Part shown: in pieces, positions 56,497-64,000 of the stretch
Position numbering within the stretch: the stretch's first letter is position 1
Layout: the number at the start of each line of letters is the position of its first letter
Assembly: GCA_018208355.1 (NCBI GenBank)
Contig: CP062796.1
Coordinates: forward strand, 621,217-685,216
Reading direction: 5' to 3'
DNA length: 64,000 bases
Origin: Candidatus Fermentithermobacillus carboniphilus
Lineage (GTDB): Bacteria; Bacillota; Sulfobacillia; Fermentithermobacillales; Fermentithermobacillaceae
Translations under genes and position numbers: made by a program
The notes under the pieces: model-generated
Seen by the model: the letters and a program-made list of their open reading frames with translations, nothing else
Database searches by the model: none
What the model was told of the DNA's origin: nothing

Positions 56497-56545
56497 AACC
56501 CCGGCCCTTTGGCTGCTGAAGGAAAAAGCGGGGCCGGGGTTTTTG
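56497..56545. terminator. Bidirectional rho-independent terminator between convergent genes
   Basis: 11-bp stem AACCCCGGCCC/GGGCCGGGGTT with T-tract 56540-56545 on the plus strand and A-tract 56484-56496 giving a U-tract for the minus-strand transcript. Confidence 0.55.
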
Positions 56546-56547
56546 TC

Positions 56548-56673
56548 TTACTTATTCTTAGGAGCCTCCTGCTTGACAAGTTCCTCTTTTGGCGCACCAC
56601 ACTGCGGGCACTTCCCGGGTTTGCACCGACCCTCGACGACGTGACCACATTTGGAGCACTTCCAAACCGCCAT
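56548..56673 (-). CDS. Small rubredoxin-like zinc-ribbon protein (41 aa)
   Basis: MAVWKCSKCGHVVEGRCKPGKCPQCGAPKEELVKQEAPKNK, with GGGAGGTG 5 nt before the ATG. The track ORF extends upstream and overlaps the end of alaX. Confidence 0.5.
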   Translation of the reverse strand: MAVWKCSKCGHVVEGRCKPGKCPQCGAPKEELVKQEAPKNK

Positions 56674-56725
56674 TTTCACACCTCCCAAGCACCTGACTAT
56701 TCCGTTTATCGTAAAACCGATTACA

Positions 56726-58057
56726 TCATGAAAGGCCCAGTATCTCCCGGAGGCCGGCGAGGACCTCATCATCTCCAGCCTTAAGGGGGTCTTTTGACCC
56801 CAACTGGGCCAGATGGCGGCTCCCCCCGCCTCTCCCTCCCCACTTTTGCGATATCTTCGCCACTATCGCCGACGCATCCTCCTCAACCTGGAGATGACCG
56901 GAAACTTTTTCACTCTCTCCTGCCTCCGGCACCGCTACAACCAGCCCAAAGCGCGGTCCTCTCGATAAGACCACAGTCACCTTGTCCGTTAAATCACTCA
57001 CTCTTCTGGCGATAACCCTGAGCTCGGCCTGGTCTTTGTCAGGGTAGATCTTTATGATTGCCTTCTTTCCGGGATCTTCATTGGTCGAACCACTTTCCTG
57101 CATCAGCTTCAGTATCTCCAGTTCAAGTAGATCCCTCTTAAGTTTCTCTATTTCTTTCTCGAGACAAGACACCTTTTTCAATAGACTTCCGACCACACCG
57201 GGGACTGCGCTTTCCCCCTGGGACAGGATCCGGGCGGTTTCGCTCAAAAGCCTCTCTTTCTCCGCGAGATCCCGGAGGGCTCTCCACCCACACCTGAATA
57301 TGACCCTCACTCCCCCGTGGGACCTATCGATTCCGTTGATCTTGATTATCCCTACCTGCCCGGTGGAACTCACGTGCGTCCCGCCGCAGGCGCAGGCGTC
57401 AAAATCCCCGATTTGCACGATCCTCACTAGCGGTTCTTCCACGGGTATCCTCACCCGGACACCGGGAGGGATCTCATCCCAGGGCCGTTCGACGATTTCA
57501 ACGGGTACATCTTTAAAGACTACTTCGTTGGCGAGATCCTCCGCTTGACGGATGAGGTCGTCTCCCAGCACCTGGACGTCAAGATCTATGGATACATAGT
57601 CTTTCCCGAGGTGGAATCCCCGGGTGCTGGCTCCAGCCACCTTTTCAAAGGCCCGTGAGAGGATGTGCTGGCCGGTATGCTGCTGCATGTGGTCAAAGCG
57701 CCGCTTCCAGTCGATCGCTCCTCGGACGCTTGAACCGGCTTCGAACTCCGTGAGAAAAGTCCCCGCCGAGCCGTCCCGCGGCATGTTCACAACGTGTACG
57801 ATCTCCCCATCCTCTTCCCGGACAAAGGACACGGGGAACCCTCGGGAAAGGCCGCCCGTCTTACCCTCGTTTTTCCCGGCTTCCGTTCCCGGCACTATTA
57901 TTATCCCGGTGTCGCTTGGCTGGCCTCCTCCTTCCGGATAAAAGAGGGTCGAGTCCAGGACCACGAAGACTTCATTTCCTTCTCTCCACGTCCTCACCAC
58001 GCGGGCCGAAAACTCAGCATCGTAAGGGTTTTCCCAGTAAAGCCGCCTGGTCGCCAC
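56726..58057 (-). CDS. alaX: Alanyl-tRNA editing protein AlaX-L (tRNA_SAD editing domain + C-terminal DHHA1-like domain)
   Basis: HTGQHIL ... CGGTHV zinc-binding editing motifs. Confidence 0.7.
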   Translation of the reverse strand: MATRRLYWENPYDAEFSARVVRTWREGNEVFVVLDSTLFYPEGGGQPSDTGIIIVPGTEAGKNEGKTGGLSRGFPVSFVREEDGEIVHVVNMPRDGSAGTFLTEFEAGSSVRGAIDWKRRFDHMQQHTGQHILSRAFEKVAGASTRGFHLGKDYVSIDLDVQVLGDDLIRQAEDLANEVVFKDVPVEIVERPWDEIPPGVRVRIPVEEPLVRIVQIGDFDACACGGTHVSSTGQVGIIKINGIDRSHGGVRVIFRCGWRALRDLAEKERLLSETARILSQGESAVPGVVGSLLKKVSCLEKEIEKLKRDLLELEILKLMQESGSTNEDPGKKAIIKIYPDKDQAELRVIARRVSDLTDKVTVVLSRGPRFGLVVAVPEAGESEKVSGHLQVEEDASAIVAKISQKWGGRGGGSRHLAQLGSKDPLKAGDDEVLAGLREILGLS

Positions 58058-58145
58058 TTAAGACACCTCTTCTCTCTATCGCTCAACTTTACGGTCAGGC
58101 CGAGGCCCCCGGGCGGGGCAAACGCATCGCCGGATGAGCCGCTGA

Positions 58146-58925
58146 CTAGATCATGATCCCTTTTCCTCTCAGCAGATCTCTCAACTTCGAGCTCGGATCT
58201 TGCCTCGCGTATTTCCTAGAAATATGCTCTCCCCACCCGTACTTATCGTAACCCACGTCATCCTCGCCGCCTTCGGGTTTCGGTATCTTGGCGTTTAGGT
58301 TCTGGTAGTACCCTTCCCTTATGAGGCCGGCATCCATCACTTCGAGGGCCTTCTTGACCTCCTCTTCGGTGAGGTCGTGGTATTCATCGCGGAACAGGAC
58401 GCATGAAGTCGGTATCCTCGGCCTCGGAAGCGGTTTCTTCGCCGGATACCCAAGGGCCATGCCAACCAGAGGATATACCCTCTCTGGGAGTTTGAACATA
58501 TCAGTGAGAAGCGGCTCGATCATGGGGGCGCCGCCGAAAAAGCACGTACCGAGGCCAAGACTTTCGGCGGCCAGGACAAAGTTCATGGCCGCATAAGACA
58601 CGTCCTGGATTCCCAGGAAGAGCATTTGAACATCGCTGGCAGAGTTCTTGCGGTTCTTATACGCTATGAACTTCTCGAGCTTCCTAAAATCGAGACAGAA
58701 CAGGACAAACACAGGGGCGCCGGCGATAAACCTTCCGAGATACTTGGACAGAACCTCTTTTTTGTCCCGGTCTCTCGTGTAGATGAACGCATACATCTGC
58801 CCCGTGAAAGGGGCCTGTTGGGCGGCCCGCGCCAGCTTCCAAATGATCTCATCGGGAACGTCTTTATCGAGGTAAGCCCGGACCGTGGCGCGGTTCATGA
58901 TCACGTCTAGGACCTGGTTTTCCAA
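58146..58925 (-). CDS. Nitroreductase-family protein
   Basis: ...VLDVIMNRATVRAYL... plus the nitroreductase fold. TTG at 58925 with GGAGG 9 nt upstream; the alternative ATG at 58898 has no SD. Confidence 0.6.
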   Translation of the reverse strand: MENQVLDVIMNRATVRAYLDKDVPDEIIWKLARAAQQAPFTGQMYAFIYTRDRDKKEVLSKYLGRFIAGAPVFVLFCLDFRKLEKFIAYKNRKNSASDVQMLFLGIQDVSYAAMNFVLAAESLGLGTCFFGGAPMIEPLLTDMFKLPERVYPLVGMALGYPAKKPLPRPRIPTSCVLFRDEYHDLTEEEVKKALEVMDAGLIREGYYQNLNAKIPKPEGGEDDVGYDKYGWGEHISRKYARQDPSSKLRDLLRGKGIMI

Positions 58926-59096
58926 GAAAAACACCTCCTCTGCCGAGTCAACTAAACTCCTTCTCCACGGTCCTGCATTTTCCCTTTGACGGAGCACACG
59001 CAGGATGCGATTTGAGCTCGTTGCAAGATAGCCTCTTGAAAACAGAAAGGAGAGAGCCTCACGGCAGGTCTCACCGAGTTCCCAAACAAACGGGAC

Positions 59097-59126
59097 TTTT
59101 TATAGTTTTTCTTACGTTTACCACCC
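59097..59126 (+). promoter_or_regulatory. KdpE response-regulator binding site upstream of kdpFABC
   Basis: TTTTTATAgTTTTTcTTACgTTTACCACCC closely resembles the E. coli kdp promoter KdpE site (TTTTTATACTTTTTTTACACCCCGCCC, quoted from memory). It lies ~34 nt upstream of a perfect TATAAT. Confidence 0.45.
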
Positions 59127-59159
59127 TATTTTTGACCTTAAATTTAGGCAGCCCGGAGG

Positions 59160-59165
59160 TATAAT
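59160..59165 (+). promoter_or_regulatory. -10 hexamer TATAAT of the kdp promoter (poor -35, consistent with activator dependence)
   Basis: Read from the sequence. Confidence 0.4.
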
Positions 59166-59223
59166 TGTTACCAGTTTCAGAAAAACAACTTATAACGGCA
59201 TGGAAACTCATAAGGGGATGAAT

Positions 59224-59310
59224 ATGCTAGATATCCTTCTGGGGGCCGTAGTTTCTATAGGTCTCTTTATTTATCTAATCTACACCTTAATGAGGGCGGA
59301 AGAACTCTAG
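59224..59310 (+). CDS. kdpF: K+-transporting ATPase subunit F
   Basis: MLDILLGAVVSIGLFIYLIYTLMRAEEL; 28 aa, single TM, directly before kdpA. AAGGGGATG RBS. Confidence 0.6.
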   Translation: MLDILLGAVVSIGLFIYLIYTLMRAEEL

Positions 59311-59321
59311 AGGGCGGAGGT

Positions 59322-61033
59322 GTGTTTCGTTTGAGTTTCGACCTACTTCAGATGGGTTCTTACTTGGCGGTGCTTTTACTCTTGGCTGTCCCCCTAGGGT
59401 ATTACATGGCCCGGGTTTTCAGTGGGGAGAGAACGCTTCTAGACCCAATCTTGAAACGTCTAGAAAGGGCTTTTTACCGCGTAGCCCGGGTTGATGTTAC
59501 AAAAGAGATGGGGTGGCGCGAGTACGCGCTATCGCTCTTAGTTTTTAGTTTCTTGGGAATGCTTACCGTTTACCTGATTCAGCGACTCCAAGGAATACTT
59601 CCTTTCAATCCCGAACATTTTGGCGCTGTGCGGCCAGATCTGGCTTTCAATACGGCGGTAAGCTTTGTCACCAATACTAATTGGCAGGCCTATGCCGGCG
59701 AAAGGACCATGAGCTACTTCACCCAGATGGCTGCTTTGACGGTGCAAAATTTCTTATCAGCTGCTACGGGCATCGCAGTAGCGTTAGCCTTAACCCGGGG
59801 TTTTACCCGGCGGGAGACAGGCTTTTTGGGCAATTTCTGGGTAGATATTACCCGGACTACCCTTTGGGTACTATTACCGCTTTCTTTGATTCTAGCTTTG
59901 GTCCTGGTTTCCCAAGGAGTTATTCAAAACTTAAGCCCCTACTTAAAAATTACAACCCTAGAAGGGAAGGAACAGATCCTGGCTATGGGGCCGGTGGCTT
60001 CCCAGGAGGCCATCAAACTTTTGGGTACAAACGGAGGAGGATTTTTCAACGCTAATTCCGCCCACCCTTATGAAAATCCCACGCCTTTCACCAATTTACT
60101 GGAAATGTTAGCCATACAAATTATTCCCGCAGCTTTACCGATAACCTTTGGCCGGTTAGTAGGAGATCGGCGCCAGGGACTGGTTATCCTGGCCGCTATG
60201 TTTTTGCTCTTTGTCTTGGGCTTAACCATAGTTTACGCCAGCGAATATTACGGTAATCCCCTAATCAAAGCTCTGGGGGTAAGTTCTCCTACAACCATGG
60301 AGGGCAAAGAAGTGAGATTCGGTTTGGCCCAATCTTCTTTGTTTGCAACTATAACCACTGCCGTAGCTTGTGGGGCCGTTAACTCGATGCACGACAGTTT
60401 TACGCCATTCGCCGGATTAATTCTCCTCCTCCAGATGATGGTAGGAGAAGTCGTTTTCGGGGGTGCCGGAGCAGGGCTATTTGGGATGCTAGTCTTCGTT
60501 CTCCTCACGGTGTTTATCGTTGGGCTTATGGTGGGTCGCACCCCTGAGTACCTCGGTAAAAAAATCGAAGCTCGGGAGATGAAGATGGTTACGTTGGCCG
60601 TACTCATCCCCGGTGCCGCCATACTCTTGGGTAGCGCCGTAGCGGCAGTTACCAAGATTGGCACTTTTTCCCTTTCAAACCCGGGGCCCCACGGGTTAAG
60701 CGAAATCCTGTATGCCTTTTCCTCAGGAGCCGCGAATAACGGCAGCGCCTTTGCGGGGCTGAATTCTAACACTCCTTTTTACAATATAACGTTAGGCATC
60801 GCTATGCTTGTGGGCCGTTTTGGGGTTATCCTGCCCGTTTTGGCCGTAGCCGGCAGCCTGGCGGCCAAGAAGACTATACCGCCAGGGCCAGGTACTTTCC
60901 AGACCACCACCCCCTTTTCGTTCTTCTGCTCGCTTTAGTGGTGCTTATTGTTGGGGCTCTGACCTTTTTTCCCGCCCTGGCGCTGGGTCCTATAGTAGAG
61001 CATCTCTTAATGTTAAGCGGCAAAAGCTTTTGA
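59322..61033 (+). CDS. kdpA: K+-transporting ATPase subunit A, with an apparent 1-nt frameshift in a C5T4 homopolymer near the 3' end
   Basis: KdpA-like over ~530 aa. The track ORF ends ...[11 protein letters not shown] at 60938. One base further, the frame encodes [39 protein letters not shown] (stop 61031-61033), the conserved KdpA C-terminus. The shift occurs within the CCCCCTTTT run at 60910-60918. Confidence 0.8.
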
Positions 61034-61092
61034 GATGGCCAGAGAAACTGAGGCTGCTAAGTCAAGCCGGAGAAAGAGGGGCTTGAACGTAT

Positions 61093-63156
61093 ATGGTGCG
61101 GGAACACGATATATCTAATCGCCAGGCCAAATCCACGGCAAGTTTAATGCGCTCTCTCGTATTATCGGCTGTTAAAGACGCCTTTCTTAAATTGGATCCC
61201 CGCTTCCAATGGCGAAATCCGGTGATGTTTGTAGTAGAAATCGGGGCTTTACTCACCACTTTTTTCACTTTTCGCGACGTGCTGGCGGGGATAAAAGAGT
61301 CCACAAACCTCAATTTGCAGCTTACCTTGTGGCTTTGGTTGACTGTTCTTTTCGCTAATTTTGCTGAGGCTTTGGCCGAAGGCCGGGGCAAGGCCCAAGC
61401 TGCTACCCTGCGTCGTACAAGAAAGGAAACGGTGGCCAAGAAACTGGTTGGTGGTCAGATAAAAAAGGTACCCGCTTCAGAACTGCGCAAGGGCGATATC
61501 GTCCTGGTTGAAGCCGGAGATATCATCCCGGGAGACGGGGAGGTGATTGAGGGGATCGCTTCCGTAGATGAAAGCGCTGTCACAGGAGAATCGGCCCCAG
61601 TCATCAGGGAATCGGGAGGCGACCGCGGTTCTGTAACAGGGGGTACGCGAGTTCTTTCGGACTGGATCAAGGTACGTATAACGGCCAATCCAGGAGAAAC
61701 TTTTCTGGACCGGATGATAAGCCTGGTAGAAGGAGCTAAGAGGCAGAAGACGCCTAATGAGATAGCTTTGACCATATTGCTGATAGCTATGACTATCCTT
61801 TTTCTTCTTGCGGTGGCCACTCTGGAAGCCTTTGCTCTTTACTCAGGTACGGTGGCACCCGTACCCGTGTTAATCGCTTTGTTGGTGTGCCTTATACCCA
61901 CCACGATAGGAGGGTTATTAAGCGCCATAGGGATCGCGGGTATGGATAGATTACTTAAACGCAATGTGCTGGCCATGTCCGGTCGGGCTGTGGAAGCGGC
62001 CGGAGACGTAGATGTCCTGCTTCTAGACAAAACGGGAACTATTACCCTAGGCAATCGTATGGCGACTTCCTTTATACCCGCTCCAGGTATATCCGAAGAA
62101 GAACTGGCGGACGCGGCCCAACTAGCATCATTGGCCGATGAGACCCCAGAAGGTAGGAGCATTGTAGTTTTGGCCAAAAAAGAATTTAACCTCAGGGAAC
62201 GAGATTTAAGCAGTTTAAAGGCCACTTTCGTCCCCTTTAGCGCCCACACTCGCATGAGCGGCGTAAACATAGCAGGAAGGGAAATACGAAAAGGGGCGGC
62301 AGATGCTATTGAGGCTTATGTGAAACAACGGGGAGGCGCGTTGCCGGAGGAGGTCAAGGCCACGGTGGAAAGGGTGACTCGGGAAGGGGGAACCCCCCTG
62401 GTCGTGGCTGAGGGACGCAAAGTGTTGGGAGTCATTTACCTCAAGGATGTGGTAAAGGGAGGGATTAAGGAGCGCTTCGCCCGGTTACGCCGAATGGGTA
62501 TCAAAACGGTAATGATTACGGGGGATAACCCATTGACAGCAGCAGCCATTGCCGCGGAAGCAGGCGTGGATGATTTTCTGGCCGAAGCTACCCCGGAGGC
62601 CAAGCTTAGACTTATCCGCGAGTATCAGGCCAGGGGGCATATGGTGGCCATGACGGGCGATGGGACCAACGATGCCCCGGCTTTGGCCCAGGCTGATGTG
62701 GGAGTAGCCATGAACACCGGGACCAGCGCGGCCAAAGAAGCGGGAAATATGGTAGATTTAGATAGCAATCCCACAAAACTCGTAGAGATCGTCGAAATCG
62801 GCAAACAGCTCCTGATGACGCGGGGCGCTTTGACTACTTTTAGCGTAGCTAATGATGTGGCCAAGTATTTTGCCATTATCCCTGCCCTGTTTACCACCGC
62901 TTATCCAGAGCTCAAAGTTTTAAACATAATGGGACTGGCTACTCCTACCAGCGCTATTCTTTCCGCGGTCATCTTTAACGCGTTGATTATAATAGCCCTG
63001 ATCCCTTTGGCCCTCCGGGGGATTGCCTACCGGCCGTTAGGAGCCAACGCCATCCTTAAGCGCAATCTTTTAATATACGGCTTGGGCGGTTTAATAGCCC
63101 CGTTTATAGGCATAAAACTTATCGACTTGCTCTTGATCGCCTTAGGGCTGGTTTAA
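61093..63156 (+). CDS. kdpB: K+-transporting P-type ATPase subunit B
   Basis: [10 protein letters not shown] phosphorylation motif; [21 protein letters not shown] hinge. Confidence 0.85.
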   Translation: MVREHDISNRQAKSTASLMRSLVLSAVKDAFLKLDPRFQWRNPVMFVVEIGALLTTFFTFRDVLAGIKESTNLNLQLTLWLWLTVLFANFAEALAEGRGKAQAATLRRTRKETVAKKLVGGQIKKVPASELRKGDIVLVEAGDIIPGDGEVIEGIASVDESAVTGESAPVIRESGGDRGSVTGGTRVLSDWIKVRITANPGETFLDRMISLVEGAKRQKTPNEIALTILLIAMTILFLLAVATLEAFALYSGTVAPVPVLIALLVCLIPTTIGGLLSAIGIAGMDRLLKRNVLAMSGRAVEAAGDVDVLLLDKTGTITLGNRMATSFIPAPGISEEELADAAQLASLADETPEGRSIVVLAKKEFNLRERDLSSLKATFVPFSAHTRMSGVNIAGREIRKGAADAIEAYVKQRGGALPEEVKATVERVTREGGTPLVVAEGRKVLGVIYLKDVVKGGIKERFARLRRMGIKTVMITGDNPLTAAAIAAEAGVDDFLAEATPEAKLRLIREYQARGHMVAMTGDGTNDAPALAQADVGVAMNTGTSAAKEAGNMVDLDSNPTKLVEIVEIGKQLLMTRGALTTFSVANDVAKYFAIIPALFTTAYPELKVLNIMGLATPTSAILSAVIFNALIIIALIPLALRGIAYRPLGANAILKRNLLIYGLGGLIAPFIGIKLIDLLLIALGLV

Positions 63157-63219
63157 AGAATAGGGTTTTGCTCTCGATAGGGTAAGTACTAAACTTAAGC
63201 TTTGTGGAAGGGATATTAC

Positions 63220-63792
63220 ATGAAAAGGATACTTTTGACTTCAAGCTTAATGCTTCTCACCATGACACTGCTTTTAGGGTTCATATATCCCCTGGCCACC
63301 ACTGGCCTTGCTTATCTCCTTTTTCCCCGCCAAGCTAGTGGATCCCTAATTTACCGCGACGGGAGGGTGGTGGGTTCGGAGCTCATAGGGCAGAAATTTA
63401 CCGATCCCCGGTATTTTCACGGCCGTCCTTCGGCCGCAGGAGAAGGGTACGATGCCTCTGCATCGGGAGGTTCTAATTTAGGCCCGACTAATAAGAAGTT
63501 GTTAGAAACTATCGCCGAACGGCTGGCTGTAGTCCGGGAGGAGAACGGATTATCGACAAATGAAGCGGTGCCTGCTGACCTGGTGACATGTTCAGCAAGT
63601 GGGCTAGATCCACATATAAGCCCGGAGGCCGCTCTTATTCAAGTACCCCGGATAGCCCGGGCACGGGGAGTACCAGAAGAAAAGATAAGACAGCTTGTGG
63701 AACAACACATTGAGGGTCGCCAGTTTGGCTTTTTGGGCGAACCCGTGGTGAACGTCTTAAAGCTTAACCTAGCTTTGGATGCCTTACGTTAA
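63220..63792 (+). CDS. kdpC: K+-transporting ATPase subunit C
   Basis: [25 protein letters not shown]... KdpC family. GGAAGGGAT RBS. Confidence 0.8.
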   Translation: MKRILLTSSLMLLTMTLLLGFIYPLATTGLAYLLFPRQASGSLIYRDGRVVGSELIGQKFTDPRYFHGRPSAAGEGYDASASGGSNLGPTNKKLLETIAERLAVVREENGLSTNEAVPADLVTCSASGLDPHISPEAALIQVPRIARARGVPEEKIRQLVEQHIEGRQFGFLGEPVVNVLKLNLALDALR

Positions 63793-63808
63793 AAGGTGGT
63801 CAGTTTCA

Positions 63809-64000
63809 ATGGAGAAGGAGCACCGGCCAGATCCAGAGGCTCTTTTGCAGCACATTGAACAACAAAAGCGAGGGAGGCTAACCGTTTTCTTGGGGGCTGC
63901 CGCAGGAGTCGGCAAAACCTATGCGATGCTGGAAGCAGCCCAGGAGAGGTTAAAAGAGGGTGTAGACGTAGTAGTGGGCTGGGTAGAAACCCACGGCCGG
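63809..64000 (+). CDS. kdpD: Sensor kinase KdpD, N-terminal fragment (continues beyond the window)
   Basis: MEKEHRPDPEALLQHIEQQKRGRLTVFLGAAAGVGKTYAMLEAA is the KdpD N-terminal P-loop domain. AAAAGGTGG RBS. Confidence 0.7.
   Translation, partial: MEKEHRPDPEALLQHIEQQKRGRLTVFLGAAAGVGKTYAMLEAAQERLKEGVDVVVGWVETHGR

Noticed and set aside
1-64000. CRISPR arrays, rRNA genes, transposases/integrases, additional tRNAs.
   Set aside because: No regularly spaced direct repeats, no rRNA-like conserved blocks, no IS terminal inverted repeats with transposase ORFs, and no other GTTCGA/TTCGAATCC-type T-arm contexts were seen.

Overview
This window looks like a chromosomal segment from a moderately GC-rich Gram-positive bacterium of the Firmicutes/Clostridia type. 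The supporting clues are a sigI-rsgI pair, dnaE-(DUF2007)-pfkA-pyk synteny, nrdR-nrdJ (B12-dependent RNR), a YhaO/YhaN-like sbcD-sbcC pair, kdpFABC plus the start of kdpD, and Shine-Dalgarno sites of the GGAGG type. About 75 features are called. Most are housekeeping or metabolic genes: pyruvate kinase, 6-phosphofructokinase, DNA pol III alpha, Nth, MurD, an AspAT-like aminotransferase, IorAB, an OYE-type flavin reductase, Hom, a DapA-family protein, an M24 peptidase, NrdJ/NrdR, a DinG-like helicase, Mpg, OsmC, AlaX, a D-aminoacylase, and an ECF sigma/anti-sigma/PspC/LiaF-like envelope-stress module.

The most unusual part is the first ~5.3 kb, bounded by a tRNA-Leu(CAA). On one strand it carries:
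- a small secreted peptide with two near-identical tandem repeats (TTCDDGPGIPIPIPPG[S/A]NN[S]III) that differ almost only at synonymous codon positions;
- an intrinsic terminator/attenuator immediately after it;
- a large XRE-HTH + TPR regulator with RNPP-like (Rap/NprR/PlcR/PrgX) architecture;
- a decayed SDR pseudogene;
- an S9-type alpha/beta-hydrolase.
In the divergent intergenic region next to it there are three copies of a 9-bp palindrome TCTGWCAGA, followed by a tightly overlapping small XRE-HTH ORF + NYN (PIN-like nuclease) gene pair that looks like a toxin-antitoxin or defence module.

Other notable points: a strongly AT-rich, clearly foreign gene for a secreted HExxH (peptidase MA-like) protein next to sigI-rsgI; an orphan MazE antitoxin with a 26-codon MazF remnant; an orphan Na+-decarboxylase beta subunit with a long leader; an apparent 1-nt frameshift in a C5 homopolymer near the 3' end of kdpA; an in-frame low-complexity insertion bounded by inverted repeats inside hom; an ECF sigma gene whose conserved N-terminus has no canonical start codon (possible CTG start); and a kdp promoter region with a KdpE box very similar to the E. 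coli site. No CRISPR array, rRNA, integrase or transposase was seen.
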